64,000 bases of DNA, taken from NCBI GenBank assembly GCA_024704765.1, contig JAKMXF010000210.1, positions 592,121 to 656,120 on the forward strand, written 5' to 3'. Within the stretch, counting starts at the first letter, position 1; each line of letters starts with the position of its first letter. The translations under genes were made by a program, and so were the position numbers. The notes below the pieces were generated by a model, which saw nothing but the letters and a program-made list of their open reading frames with translations, was not told where the DNA came from and did no database searches. This DNA is from Oopsacas minuta (Eukaryota > Animalia > Porifera). Positions 44,664 to 55,952 of this stretch are shown here, piece by piece.

Positions 44664-45611
44664 ATGGCAAATCGATTCCGTGCATTGAGTAATGATAGTC
44701 GTGACGTAAAAGAGAGCGGAATAAAGGTTAGAAACACACGTCACCCCACAGTCCCCTCTAATATAATCAGGTCAGGTTTCCTAACCAAACTGTCAGGAGG
44801 ATTATTCAAGAGCTGGCAACGTAGATTCTTCGTATTAAATCCTCAATGTTTGAGTTATTTTAGAGATGAGAGAGAGGTCAGGGATCAGGGTAAAGAGCCA
44901 TCTAAACGTCTATTCTTAAGTGATGTAAACTCTGTCACTGGAGAGTGTTCCGATTACAAACGATCCTTCCTTGTAGTTATTAATCTTAACAAGGGCATGT
45001 GGGTTGTACAGGCTGCTAGTGTAGAGGATCAGGAGAAATGGATTGAAGTACTTATACATGCAATAGAGGCAGATAGAGCTGCTGAGCAGAACTGTCCTAA
45101 GAGGCTTAGCATGAAGAGAGTGAATGAAGATACCAAACGAGTACTGCTGGTTAAGGAAGAAGGGAGTATTGGCTGTACTGTTAAGAAAGCTGGAGAATTC
45201 TTAATTGTATCTAGAATTATTGAAGGTTCTTATATAGCTCGTACTGGTATACTCCGTCCTGATGATGAAATACTTGAGATAGATGGAGATAGTGTTAAGA
45301 ACAAGAGTATAGAGGAAGTAATAGATTTGATACGATCTGCTCCTGAGTCTATTCTAGCTACTATACGTCCATTTAGACCTATACCTAGAGTACATGACAC
45401 CTCTCCCTCTAGCTACACACAGGTAGCTCCTTTTTCTGTTGGAAAATCAAAGAGTGTCCCTTCAAGGGGTCCCTCCGCCTCTCTCCCTCCCATCCCCACA
45501 AACAGTTCTGTTCCCCTAAACTATGCTGATATAGACACGGAGAATTATTCAGCAGATGTACCATCTTTGTACTGTAACATAGTTGTACCAGATGTAAAGA
45601 AGATTCTCTAA
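44664..45611 (+). CDS. PH and PDZ domain-containing protein
   Basis: Single exon, 315 aa. PH domain (GFLTKLSGGLFKSWQRRFFVLNPQCLSYF…WIEVL). PDZ-like domain (VLLVKEEGSIGCTVKKAGEFLIVSRIIEGSYIARTGILRPDDEILEIDG). Confidence 0.65.
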   Translation: MANRFRALSNDSRDVKESGIKVRNTRHPTVPSNIIRSGFLTKLSGGLFKSWQRRFFVLNPQCLSYFRDEREVRDQGKEPSKRLFLSDVNSVTGECSDYKRSFLVVINLNKGMWVVQAASVEDQEKWIEVLIHAIEADRAAEQNCPKRLSMKRVNEDTKRVLLVKEEGSIGCTVKKAGEFLIVSRIIEGSYIARTGILRPDDEILEIDGDSVKNKSIEEVIDLIRSAPESILATIRPFRPIPRVHDTSPSSYTQVAPFSVGKSKSVPSRGPSASLPPIPTNSSVPLNYADIDTENYSADVPSLYCNIVVPDVKKIL

Positions 45612-45816
45612 TTAATCAGAAATTATTCAATGTCATCCCTTTCCTTATTTGTTTATTTTCAGGTTGTGTTTGTATATTTATATGTTTTGTTTTGATATTT
45701 TATTAGTTTATTTGATGGGTCTTTATGTCTCTACAGGAATAAGATAAATCCCCATGCAACATTAATTTATTGTAACAGCTGTTTTATACTATTTTGTTTT
45801 AACAAGTTATTTTGTA

Positions 45817-47160
45817 ATGCCAAAACGTAAGAAGCGGTCATTCTTCCTTCCAGTTAAAAGCTCAGATAAAGTGAAACAGTCTAAGGTAACTACTACTGCA
45901 GCAGGAGACCTGTCAGAAGAGATTGACAGTGACAACCTTTCAGATCTAGATACAGAGTCTAAGAGACAGGAAGACAAGAAGAAGGTGAAGAAACCTGAGT
46001 TAGTTTCTGAAGAGACTCCACAAGAGAAAAGACTAAGGCTAGCTAAACAGTACATCTCAGAACTGGGAGAGGTAGGGGAACCTGATCATCTGGAGCAAGA
46101 TGGATTTGACTCTATAGGAGAGAGACTACAGCAAGAAGCACTGGAGCAGAGCGGGAGATTGTACAGACAGCTGTCTGACGTCATAAGAATAGACCCTACA
46201 CCATCACACTCTATGGGAGCACATAAAGGATCAATAACGGCATTAGTTCTATCTCCTGATGAGACTGTATTATTCTCTGCCTGTAAGGATGCTGTACTTA
46301 TCAAATGGGACCTGAGAGCTGCTATTAGACTAACTACATTCAATGATCCTCATAGATCTAATATTAAGCAATATCATTCTAGTCGTATTCTATCTCTAGC
46401 AGTATCCTCAGATGGTAAGCTGCTAGCTAGCGGAGGAACAGAATGTAAAGTGGAGATATGGAATGTGTCCTCTTGTGAACATATTCACACCTTCTCTGGG
46501 CACAAAGGAGCCGTTACAGGACTCACATTTCGCAGAGGAAGTTGTGATCTATACAGTGCTTCTGTAGACAGGACTGTTAAGGTATGGAATGCGGAATCTC
46601 TCACGTATGTTGAGACCCTGTTCGGACATGAATCAGCTATCACTGGGATAGATAGTCTACACGCTGAGAGAGCTGTAACGTCTGGAGGTCTAGATAGGTC
46701 ATTGAGGGTGTGGAAAATCGCAGAAGAAACACAGCTGTTGTATCAATCATCTACATCAGCTATTGACTGTATTAAGTTTGTCACTAAAGATATGTTCGTT
46801 GCTGGTTCACAAGATGGGTCTATATATCTGTGGGGTGTGACTAAGAAGAGACCTTTATTCGTACAGGAGAAAGCTCATGAAGGGTGGATATCATCTCTCT
46901 ATGCTGTATCCAGCTCAGATGTTATTATATCAGGGTCTAATGATGGATATGTTAGAATATGGAAACTAGATCAAAGCAAGAAATCTCTTGAACTAATTCA
47001 CTCACTACCTGTAACAGGGTTTGTGAATTCTATCCTGATGACGTATAATGGAGATAAGCTAATCATTGGAGCGGGGAGAGAGCATAGACTGGGGAGATGG
47101 TTTTGTGATAAATCAGCCAAGAATGTTATTTTAATTTTAGAATTTAATCAACAAACTTAG
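45817..47160 (+). CDS. RRP9: U3 snoRNP protein RRP9/U3-55K (WD40)
   Basis: Single exon, 447 aa. Lys-rich N-terminus. Collinear similarity to human RRP9 as I recall it (QEKRLRLAKQYI…, LSITALVLSPDE…, HKGAVTGLTFRRGS…LYSASVDRTVKVWN…, EHRLGRW). Confidence 0.85.
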   Translation: MPKRKKRSFFLPVKSSDKVKQSKVTTTAAGDLSEEIDSDNLSDLDTESKRQEDKKKVKKPELVSEETPQEKRLRLAKQYISELGEVGEPDHLEQDGFDSIGERLQQEALEQSGRLYRQLSDVIRIDPTPSHSMGAHKGSITALVLSPDETVLFSACKDAVLIKWDLRAAIRLTTFNDPHRSNIKQYHSSRILSLAVSSDGKLLASGGTECKVEIWNVSSCEHIHTFSGHKGAVTGLTFRRGSCDLYSASVDRTVKVWNAESLTYVETLFGHESAITGIDSLHAERAVTSGGLDRSLRVWKIAEETQLLYQSSTSAIDCIKFVTKDMFVAGSQDGSIYLWGVTKKRPLFVQEKAHEGWISSLYAVSSSDVIISGSNDGYVRIWKLDQSKKSLELIHSLPVTGFVNSILMTYNGDKLIIGAGREHRLGRWFCDKSAKNVILILEFNQQT

Positions 47161-47292
47161 AATCCATTCAATTTAGAATAATTCTTATTTTTATTGACTC
47201 ATTCTTACACATAAAATTTAGTGTTAAATATTACACATTTTTAAGCAGGTTATTTCTATAGAATTTAAAAGTACGAATTAATTTGAACAAGA

Positions 47293-48027
47293 ATGGCAGC
47301 AAAGTCGTATTTGATACGAATCGAGCCTGAAAATGAAATCAAATTCATAGGTCCCTTCGTCAACACGATAAGCACTACTCTAAAGGTTACTAACATCACT
47401 GACAGGAAGGTGTTCTTCAAAATAAAGACAACTGCCCCTCGTTCCTACTGTGTGAGACCTAACAATGGTCTTGTGTCGCCTAATGAGGCGAGTACAGTCC
47501 AGGTGATGCTACAGCCATTTGAGTACAATGTTGACGACAAAGACAGGATGAAACATAAGTTCATGGTGCAATCTAGATACGCCCCCGATGAAGCTACTGT
47601 TGCTGATAGTGACAACGCATTTAAGGACCTTCAAGCTGGAGTAGAGATATTCGATGCTAGACTAAAGTGTGTATTCGAAATTCCTGCTAAATCAGATGAC
47701 CACATATCATCTACAAACGATACTTCTGTTACTTCCCCTGAGAAACAGCCCAGTCAGGAGCCTATAGTCTCATCAGTGGGAGTATCATCACTTGGACGTG
47801 GTGGTTCTACAGAGGTAGATTCAACTAAAATAGCGGTTGAAATAGATACACTACGTAGACGTAATACAAGTCTATTGGAGGAGAATGCTAAGCTAAAGAA
47901 GTCTACATATGAGAACAGAGCTCGTGTTTCACAGACTCAGAAGCCTGCTAGTACATTCAGTCTCCTGAATATCCTCTTAGCTCTAATGATTCTAGTCCTG
48001 GGGTGGATTATAGGGAGGTCTTTCTAG
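47293..48027 (+). CDS. VAP: VAMP-associated protein (VAP-A/B): MSP domain, coiled coil, C-terminal TM
   Basis: MSP domain (…LKVTNITDRKVFFKIKTTAPRSYCVRPNNGLVSPNEASTVQVML…). Coiled coil. Tail-anchor TM (FSLLNILLALMILVLGWIIG). Confidence 0.85.
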   Translation: MAAKSYLIRIEPENEIKFIGPFVNTISTTLKVTNITDRKVFFKIKTTAPRSYCVRPNNGLVSPNEASTVQVMLQPFEYNVDDKDRMKHKFMVQSRYAPDEATVADSDNAFKDLQAGVEIFDARLKCVFEIPAKSDDHISSTNDTSVTSPEKQPSQEPIVSSVGVSSLGRGGSTEVDSTKIAVEIDTLRRRNTSLLEENAKLKKSTYENRARVSQTQKPASTFSLLNILLALMILVLGWIIGRSF

Positions 48028-48396
48028 CTCCTCTCCCCCTCAATGAATTTAGAGTTGAGATTGTTATTTTCTAGACTAATAACGTTGTTGGGATGTTAGT
48101 CCTGTTGATATGTACGTGTACTCGTCTACGTAATTACTCTTTGTTTTGTACTTATTATGATATTATATTCTTAATACATGATATTGTTTAGGAGTATAGT
48201 ACACACGTTTATGGTTGTTATTTTATCCCAATTAGAATACTGTTTGTCCTATCATATCATCCCAGATTGTCCTTCTTAGTAAACAATTATTAGTCTTATT
48301 TATTCTGATTATTCTAATGTATTCCTGGATGGAAGGTTATTTTAGCGGGGTATAACTGTTATACTTCTAATAAATACATTGTTGTGTCAGTATTAG

Positions 48397-48627
48397 ATGG
48401 ACGAATCCTCTTCTAACCTAGTAGATATCCCAGCTGATGGATACGTTAAGTTAAAAGGGTCTCAGCTAAAGGATTTGATTGAGTCTCTTCATAAATGTCC
48501 TTCTGTCTCTAAGGGCAAACCTGGAGATAGATTTGTTATAAAGAAGCGTAATGTTAAGAGTATTGATGTACAGTGTATGGATTGTGATATGGAAGCTGAG
48601 ATACCCATTGGGAGCGAGAATAGCTAA
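48397..48627 (+). CDS. Hypothetical 76-aa protein with a C-x2-C motif
   Basis: ATG ORF in the 700-bp gap between VAP and the next gene. …DVQCMDCDMEAEIPIG…. No family assigned. Confidence 0.3.
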   Translation: MDESSSNLVDIPADGYVKLKGSQLKDLIESLHKCPSVSKGKPGDRFVIKKRNVKSIDVQCMDCDMEAEIPIGSENS

Positions 48628-48724
48628 CTATTTAATTGTTGTATTTATTAAACATATCCTCTTATTATCACTTAATACATTGCTATTACTTTATTTATTA
48701 TATTTTAGTTAGCAGTAGAGTAAC

Positions 48725-50326
48725 ATGACAAGAAAGATAACATTATTTATTGTTATCCTATCCTGCTGTACACTTGCTGTAAGCAGTGGATTCAGTTGGG
48801 GGTCTCTATTCTTCGCATCAGACGATGAGACAGGTCAGGAAGATGTTCACAGTGATAAAACACGAAAATCTCAGTTTGAACTATCAACAGATCAAGATAG
48901 ATTTATCCTGGCTAATTCTGAGTATTTTGATTTACCAGAACTAGATCGTTGCTTACACTCAGCAGTAGAAAGGCTATCTTCCTCGTGTAGAGACACGCAA
49001 GAGGAAGAATTGGGTAAGTTAACAGTTTGGTTATACAATTGTCATGCACAGTCTGAAGGGAGAACTACATTCATATGCACTAAGGGCATGACACTAGCTG
49101 AGTGCACTTCTCCTATGAGTGAGAGTGCTTGGGGAACTTATCAAACCATATCTAACAGAGCTAGAGCTTTCTGTTACAGGATGAGTCAGGATCAATTCGC
49201 TAAGAAGGTAGAAATATCCGTGAATTCTCTTACCACATCTGCTAATAATCAAATGCAGTCTATGCACGAGCTACAGCACATTACTGATGTCATTATGGAT
49301 CAGCTGGATAATAGAAATGAAGAGCTTAAGACGCAACAGATAGAAAATGCTGATAATTATGACCACTTAAAGTCTATACATACAGATACACTGACTAAAG
49401 TAAGAGAGAAGATGTCACTTGATAACGATATGTACCAACAGACATTTGATAGAACTCTATCATTCAATCGGTTTATTGAGAATATGACTCATTCAGTTAA
49501 CCTCAGTGCAATAAGTCAATCTATAGAACTTGCACAGTTGAGTAAGAATATCATACAAACTCATAAACAGTTACTGACGTTTAACACCACTCTAACTCGA
49601 TGGTTCTTCCAACTTGCTGACAGGATTAATCTACAACTCTCTGACATAGAAGGAGAAGCTGCTCGACTTGTTAAGGATATAGGAGTAATGCATAATGATG
49701 TTATAAATAAGAATAATCAGCTGCTAGTATTAGCTCAGGTATTACATACTACACTGCTTGAAGCAGAGATACAGAATAATAAGAAAGGAACACATATGAC
49801 TGCTATACCCGATCATTTAACTCTGTCATTCCTAGTACTACTACTTTCTCTTCTATTAGAACCAACCAGATTAATGAAGTTCTTTGTATTACTATCCACA
49901 AGTCTCTCCTCTGCCTTATACGTGTATCAACCTAATACAATATATCTGTCATTCTCTATTATCCTAATACCAATGTTGATAATATGTGAGCAAATATACT
50001 TATGGCTGTTTCTTGGGAGGAAGAGGAATGTTGTTGTAGATTCACGACCTAATCACTACTCGGTTACTAAACAGCATCCCGTGGTTAATGACACCATGGA
50101 GTATCCTCCATTCACTACAAACTTCAGAGAACATCCAATATTTGAGTTGACCAGCAGCTCAGAACCAAGAGACATATCTCCTACAGGTAGTGTAGCATCC
50201 TCTATCTCTAACTCATTCGGGATTAAATGTAGCGCGGTTACTAAATCTGGTGCAAGGTGTAGAAGGAATGTAACTCACGGAGAACATTGTAATCAACACA
50301 GACGATATCCTGTAGACTTTAGTTGA
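48725..50326 (+). CDS. Secreted or membrane protein: signal peptide, Cys-containing N-terminal domain, long coiled coil, two C-terminal TM helices, Cys/His-rich tail. Possibly KAR5/GEX1/Brambleberry-like
   Basis: Signal peptide (MTRKITLFIVILSCCTLAVSS). Cys-bearing domain at about aa 75-160. Coiled coil at about aa 180-350. Hydrophobic helices (LTLSFLVLLLSLLL, IYLSFSIILIPMLIICEQIYLWLFLG). C-terminus CSAVTKSGARCRRNVTHGEHCNQHRR. Confidence 0.5.
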   Translation: MTRKITLFIVILSCCTLAVSSGFSWGSLFFASDDETGQEDVHSDKTRKSQFELSTDQDRFILANSEYFDLPELDRCLHSAVERLSSSCRDTQEEELGKLTVWLYNCHAQSEGRTTFICTKGMTLAECTSPMSESAWGTYQTISNRARAFCYRMSQDQFAKKVEISVNSLTTSANNQMQSMHELQHITDVIMDQLDNRNEELKTQQIENADNYDHLKSIHTDTLTKVREKMSLDNDMYQQTFDRTLSFNRFIENMTHSVNLSAISQSIELAQLSKNIIQTHKQLLTFNTTLTRWFFQLADRINLQLSDIEGEAARLVKDIGVMHNDVINKNNQLLVLAQVLHTTLLEAEIQNNKKGTHMTAIPDHLTLSFLVLLLSLLLEPTRLMKFFVLLSTSLSSALYVYQPNTIYLSFSIILIPMLIICEQIYLWLFLGRKRNVVVDSRPNHYSVTKQHPVVNDTMEYPPFTTNFREHPIFELTSSSEPRDISPTGSVASSISNSFGIKCSAVTKSGARCRRNVTHGEHCNQHRRYPVDFS

Positions 50327-50371
50327 ATCTACAAACATTATTTTAGATTATAGTTTGCAACTGATCTACTT

Positions 50372-50418
50372 CTACCTCTCTTCTCCTCTCCTCTCCTCTC
50401 CTCTCTTCTTTTCTTTAT
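50372..50418. repeat. (CTCCT/CCTCT)n pyrimidine microsatellite
   Basis: Direct read of ctctcttctcctctcctctcctctcctctcttctt just after the 50326 stop. Confidence 0.9.
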
Positions 50419-50572
50419 CATTTGGTTTTATCTTGAATTTATTATTTTAGAACTCTGGAGTTCATTCTCTGTTCCTGTATAATCACAGAAATATTACATT
50501 AAGAATTGCCTGTTATTAAATATTATATTAATTTAACATTTTAATGTTACAAATAAAATAATTAGTTTTGTA

Positions 50573-51652
50573 ATGTCAGCCATTTCTCCTCTATCAAGTC
50601 CTGAGTATGTAACCCTACCATCTGTAGACAGACCTAAGGCTCGTAGACTGACACAAGATTTGCAGCAGGCAGTTAACGTGACGTATGACAGTAATCCATT
50701 AACACTTCAATACAGCAGCTGGTCTTCTTTTTTTGATAAGTATAGTGGTGATCTAGTTGGTATAGATCAAGAAGAACTTCATTATCCTTTTGATCCTCTC
50801 GGTGAATTACTCCCTCTCCCCTCTAGTATTCCCCGGGTATCCCCTAGCTCAGAAAGTTACAATTCTTCTAGTCAGGATAGTTATAATCAGCGTGAGGACA
50901 CACCCACTATACAGAATGATCTCATGACTCCCCTCAGGGGTGGAGAGGAGGTTAGAAGAGAGCTAGGAGATACCCTAGAGTTAGGAAATTGTACCTATGA
51001 ATTGGATCTTAATAACCTAACTTCTACATTATCAAAACTGAACACAACAAGAAGTGCATTTGCAGATAGTTCTATTCATAAACAATCTACTTTTGATGTT
51101 AGCTCCTCTACCCCGTTACATAACGGTAGAATTAATATAACTAGCGACCTGGTTACTTATGACGTATCTACTCCAGCAATTAGTGTTAAGAGATCTATCA
51201 GAACTCGTATGAACTTTGATAATGAGTTATTCAAATCTCCTATTCCTTCCAAATCTCAGCTGATGGTTAAGCCAGCTGATAGCACTGAAGATTTAGAGGG
51301 TGAGGATGTGTTTGTTAGAGCTGGGGAATCCTTTGTTACAGGGACACACCCTCCTTGTGAAATTAGAGCTAATAAGGATTCTACTGTAATTATTCAACTT
51401 CCTAAGCCTCCTGCCATCCCAGGGCCACGGACACAATCTACCAGATCTGCTCTACCAGTTACAACTAGAGTAAGCAGACTAACTTGTACCTCCTCATCTA
51501 GGTTGATGAGAGGAATGCGAGCAGCTTCAAGTACGAGCTCCTTACCTCAGCTGTCTGGTAGAGCTTCTCTACTCCCTACATCCCACAAGAGTAAGTCTCA
51601 TGAACGTATCAATACCCCAGCTACTGTAAGAGGATTTGCTTTCAAGAAATGA
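50573..51652 (+). CDS. Hypothetical Ser/Thr-rich protein (359 aa)
   Basis: ATG ORF with coding-like composition. S/T/P-rich and low complexity. No recognisable domain. Confidence 0.4.
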   Translation: MSAISPLSSPEYVTLPSVDRPKARRLTQDLQQAVNVTYDSNPLTLQYSSWSSFFDKYSGDLVGIDQEELHYPFDPLGELLPLPSSIPRVSPSSESYNSSSQDSYNQREDTPTIQNDLMTPLRGGEEVRRELGDTLELGNCTYELDLNNLTSTLSKLNTTRSAFADSSIHKQSTFDVSSSTPLHNGRINITSDLVTYDVSTPAISVKRSIRTRMNFDNELFKSPIPSKSQLMVKPADSTEDLEGEDVFVRAGESFVTGTHPPCEIRANKDSTVIIQLPKPPAIPGPRTQSTRSALPVTTRVSRLTCTSSSRLMRGMRAASSTSSLPQLSGRASLLPTSHKSKSHERINTPATVRGFAFKK

Positions 51653-52211
51653 GGAATAATTCTCAATTTATTTGCTGTTTTATTGTTTATCTCCAACTAA
51701 CAAATTGTATGCATTTCTGCGGTTTTGAATGTAAGCAACAGAGAATTGTATTGGAACGTTGTGTAAATTGAACTTTATTGTTTGCAAACACGTCTCTTAG
51801 TTTATTGTGGTTGTCATGTAACGTTACCTAACAATTTTTAGTTATATAATATTTGTTACTAATTATAGCTACAATAATCTTATACATCATAGCCACATTC
51901 CATTGCATAGTTATTGTGAATTCCATTTAATTGGTGGTATAGAAATGATTCAGAATGCATGACATCGACACTATTGTGGCTGCATTCCATTTACCATAAC
52001 TTAACTACAGGAATACCATCTTATTATACACCATTATCCTAGCAACCAAAGGACTGTAAAGTTATTTGACCACGAATAATATTATTCTCTTGTAATCTAG
52101 ATAAATAAATACTTAGTAATGAATATTTTCTTATACACTTGTTTGTTGATTACACATTATACTAGTTGACTTCTGAAGAATATTCATAATCTTCACATTC
52201 AAATAATAGAG

Positions 52212-52394
52212 ATGTCTAAAATGGATAGTCAAGTACTGGGCCCTCAGATGGAGCAAGACAAGATCTCAATTCAGTGTGAGAATCATAGATTCGCACAATA
52301 CCTAGAGATTACTAGACGTATACGTGACTCTAATATGACCCTTGAGAAGGAGATTGGTATCTATCAGACCACTACAGGCATGCAAATAAAGGAG
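52212..52394 (+). CDS. Nuclear lamin, exon 1 (short head and coil 1A start)
   Basis: ATG at 52212. …QCENHRFAQYLEITRRIRDSNMTLEKEI aligns with the lamin coil 1A start ([22 protein letters not shown]). Donor GAG|gtcaat. Confidence 0.8.
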
Positions 52395-52449
52395 GTCAAT
52401 AATTTACTTACTTATAACTTAGCTCGATAATTATGTATGTCCTATACAG

Positions 52450-52773
52450 ATACAAGATCAATACACACATGAGATAGAGTTAGCTGATAGAGAGCAGAAG
52501 GTAAATATACAGGAGAGAGAGCAACTTCACTCTCAGATTAAGGAGCAGGAGAAGGAACTGGAAATGTTATTGCAGATGGAAGTAGCACTTCTTGAAGAGG
52601 GAGAAGTGAGTAAAGAAAGACTCAAGAGAAATAATGTTACTCTGGTAGTTGGTGAGAAAGAGAGGGATGATACTCAGGAGAGAGTACAAGATTTGGATCA
52701 GTTTATAAGACAGCTACAAATTGAGCTAGACACTATTACTAAGTCATTGGAGACTGAAGAAAGGGAAACGCAA
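52450..52773 (+). CDS. Lamin, exon 2 (coil 1B)
   Basis: 55-nt phase-0 intron upstream. Heptad-rich coiled coil. Donor CAA|gtgagt. Confidence 0.8.
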
Positions 52774-52831
52774 GTGAGTTATTTGATTGTATTAATTAGT
52801 TATGACATCATAATTATATGTCCGTATGTAG

Positions 52832-53062
52832 AATGCTTATGATGAGTTGTCTGAGTTTCTAAACAACAGCGTGGATTCTCCTGAGTATTATGCTCGCCTC
52901 CTCGAGGAGAAGAGAAGAGAAAAGGATGGATTGAAGTCTGCTTACGAGCTAAGGAGAATGCAAACTATAGATGAAGTAGAAGAACGTATAGCTGATATAT
53001 TAGAGGAGATACGCAAGGAGACTGAGGAGAGGGCAGAGAGCTATAGAAAGCAAATAGAAGAG
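52832..53062 (+). CDS. Lamin, exon 3 (coil 1B/2)
   Basis: 58-nt phase-0 intron upstream. Donor GAG|gttggc. Confidence 0.8.
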
Positions 53063-53119
53063 GTTGGCATTATGATATAAATCATATTTATTATAGTATC
53101 CTTATTTAATTGTTTATAG

Positions 53120-53422
53120 GAATATCAAATACAATTCCACAAGATCAGATCGTCTATAGAATCCAGAGAGGAGTGTGTCTCTACTCTTGAGGAGGAGGTC
53201 AGGTTAGCTTGGGAAGGACTGACAGAAACAAATAAGAGATTCAAGAGTTTGATACTGGATCACATGGAGCTGGAGAAGAGAGTCAGTAGTGATGAGAACT
53301 CTTTTGAAGATAGAAGGAGAAGTTTCTTAAATGAGACTCGTGTGCATTCAGAGGAAATAAGGAATATCAAAGATAATCTTGGAGGTAATCTCGAGAAGAT
53401 ACAAGAGCTTCTAGGACTTAAG
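53120..53422 (+). CDS. Lamin, exon 4 (coil 2)
   Basis: 57-nt phase-0 intron upstream. Donor AAG|gtaggc. Confidence 0.8.
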
Positions 53423-53479
53423 GTAGGCATTATATCAGTATATTTATGCTATAGCACTATTGTTATGTGTTACTAATAG

Positions 53480-54163
53480 ATCCTGATATCACATGAAGTG
53501 GATACTTACCACACCCTCCTGGAAGAGGAAGAGATAAGGCTAAATCTTAACATGGACAAGCCCAGGAGAGTATTCACTAGGAAGAGAACTAGTGAAGAAG
53601 TGAAACAACAAACTAAAGTACACAAGATAGATCCCATCTTCAAATCTCCCTCTAATGAACCTGAGAGAATAGAAATGACTTCACAAACAACTGACACAAT
53701 AGTAGACAATCCAGATGGATTCTTACACATTTCTAATGTTGATTCTGATGGTAGATACATACTCATTAAAAACAATAGTGACGTCACTGAGAATCTGGGT
53801 AGTTACAAGATCAAACATTCCTCAATTGAAGAGAGTCAAATCTTCAAATTCAAGTCCTACTCCAAGCTACAACCTGGTAGAACTGTTCGTATCTGGTCCA
53901 ACTGTCTCAACGCGCGAAATTCTCCACCCACAGACATAATATGGCGTAGTCAGTACAAATGGATAACTGGTCGTGTTACAAAGACTCTCCTCCTTAATCC
54001 TAAAGGTGAAAAAGTAGCTGTATTTACTCAGAGGACTAGATATGTACCTCAACAGCCTACTGCTCAGACCCTACAGTCTCAGGAACAAACTGATATAGTA
54101 CCTGACCCAGTAGTAGTACAGGATCCTCCTGAACAGCTGAGAGAAGCATGCTCTATCATGTAA
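53480..54163 (+). CDS. Lamin, exon 5 (rod end, NLS, lamin tail Ig-fold, CaaX)
   Basis: 57-nt phase-0 intron upstream. The exon starts with the IF consensus ILISHEVDTYHTLLEEEEIRL. NLS (TRKRTSEE). Lamin-tail domain (GFLHISNVDSDGRYILIKNNS…GSYKIKH…GRTVRIWS…SPPTDIIWRSQ). C-terminus …REACSIM (CaaX). The joined CDS is 1725 nt (574 aa). Confidence 0.85.
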   Translation: MLISHEVDTYHTLLEEEEIRLNLNMDKPRRVFTRKRTSEEVKQQTKVHKIDPIFKSPSNEPERIEMTSQTTDTIVDNPDGFLHISNVDSDGRYILIKNNSDVTENLGSYKIKHSSIEESQIFKFKSYSKLQPGRTVRIWSNCLNARNSPPTDIIWRSQYKWITGRVTKTLLLNPKGEKVAVFTQRTRYVPQQPTAQTLQSQEQTDIVPDPVVVQDPPEQLREACSIM

Positions 54164-55019
54164 CCATGTACCATCCAATCAATCTTGTATTGTATCATTT
54201 CCTTATTCTACAATCGCACAGTCACTAAGTTTTGTAAATATTCAGATTCATAGCTCCATTCAGTTTGTATACATTTGGATTTATATTATTTGTATATTAG
54301 AATTGTTGTTAGTTGTAACTTGTAATCTGTTTGTATTGTTGAATTTCCATATTTGGTAGCTATTATATGTTATATATTATCTTATTTATTTGAACAAATC
54401 AGGGAATTAGCAGTACTCTACGGAGATTAAATTCCTATTTTTGCTTTAGATATTACTAATAAATTATTTGACCATATAAGACCTCATGTAATTGCAAACA
54501 TAATTGCATATCTTTGTGGATTTTGTAACAGTTATCCTAGAAGATAGACTCTACATAAATAAGTATATTTGACCCTAACTTAAGAGAGGAGTATTGGATC
54601 TAGCCAATATATATAAGATAAGACAACCCTTTAGTCTGTACTTTACCCACAGATATAAACTGCATTGATTTACCTCACAATACATTACATTGCAAGTTCT
54701 TGCAAAACTAAATCTATTATTTATCTTGCATAATTCTACGTCTTACCACCATATAGTATCAAAGTGCACATTAATCTGCTAGATACTCCGCGATTAGTTG
54801 ATTATGATTAGCATTGTGAATGAATGTTGATTAATAGGATGTATTCCTAAAATGCTATTCAATTTATTCAGAAATTGTCCGAATATTGGCATAAATGTTA
54901 GGTCAGCTATAATGCCAGATATATTTACCTTTCACAAGCTTGAACCTTCGCCTTACAGACATGCACCAGTTCTAGCTGCTATTTATACTAGAAATTAATC
55001 GAACTTTCCATCTATTGTC

Positions 55020-55630
55020 ATGACACAGGAAGCGACCGGAATCCTGGAAACAATGTGTTTCTACGGCCTTGAAGATTCTCAAAAGATGTACGCTAGATAT
55101 CGCATCTCCTCACAGAATTGTATCCTACTCTTCCATTCACCACCTGCTGATGACTTTAATGATGATAAACTGGAACAAGGATTAATCACTGATATTGTAG
55201 ATCAGGATTCATTCTTCTTGCGATTGGATCTTGCTGGTATTAAAGAGATAACCAAATTAGACCAGCCAAATACCACTGATAAGAATATGACTGATTTCTT
55301 ATTGACGATAATAGAGACAGATGGAGTGAAGCATTACATGTGTTTCACTTCTCTATTAGTGAGGGATGAATGGTACTCTCATATACAACCGAATATAGGC
55401 AAGAGAAAGAGTACTGTTTATCAAGCACTACCTATAACTGGTGTATCCCCTCATCAACCACTAGTTTTAGGGAATCCTGAAAATATAGAGACCGTGTCTA
55501 CCTCAGGGAGTGATTCAGGGGATGATAAAGCTGAGGGGAAGAAGGATCAGATACCAAATAAAGCAATAATTCTTAAGGGAAATCCTCAGGATTATCCTGC
55601 TCTTGCTAACTGGAGTTTATCTCTTATTCG
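55020..55630 (+). CDS. Multi-PH-domain protein, exon 1
   Basis: ATG at 55020. Donor CG|gtaaga (phase 2). Confidence 0.65.
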
Positions 55631-55693
55631 GTAAGAATCTATAATATATTATACGCGTACACATATATAATTATTTAATTTATACCTGTCTAG

Positions 55694-55952
55694 TTATGGT
55701 TACGGATATAAGAAAGGAGCCAAACGTAAGAACTGGAAGTACAGATTTTTTGTCCTAACACAACACTCATTTGCTTACTTTGAATCTGAGAAGAAGAAAA
55801 ACCCTATCTGTAGTATTCCCATTAGTAATGTACGTGCTATCTACCAGAGGAAAGATCTACAGGGTCATGAGTTTGTTATGGCTATAGATACTGATGAACG
55901 TATGCATTTGTGGGAATTCCATTCAGATGAGGAGCTGAGGGGCTGGATGAAG
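55694..55952 (+). CDS. Multi-PH-domain protein, exon 2 (PH domain)
   Basis: 63-nt intron upstream. …YGYGYKKGAKRKNWKYRFFVLTQHSFAYFESEKKKNPICSIPI…WMK. Donor AAG|gtatgc. Confidence 0.7.
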
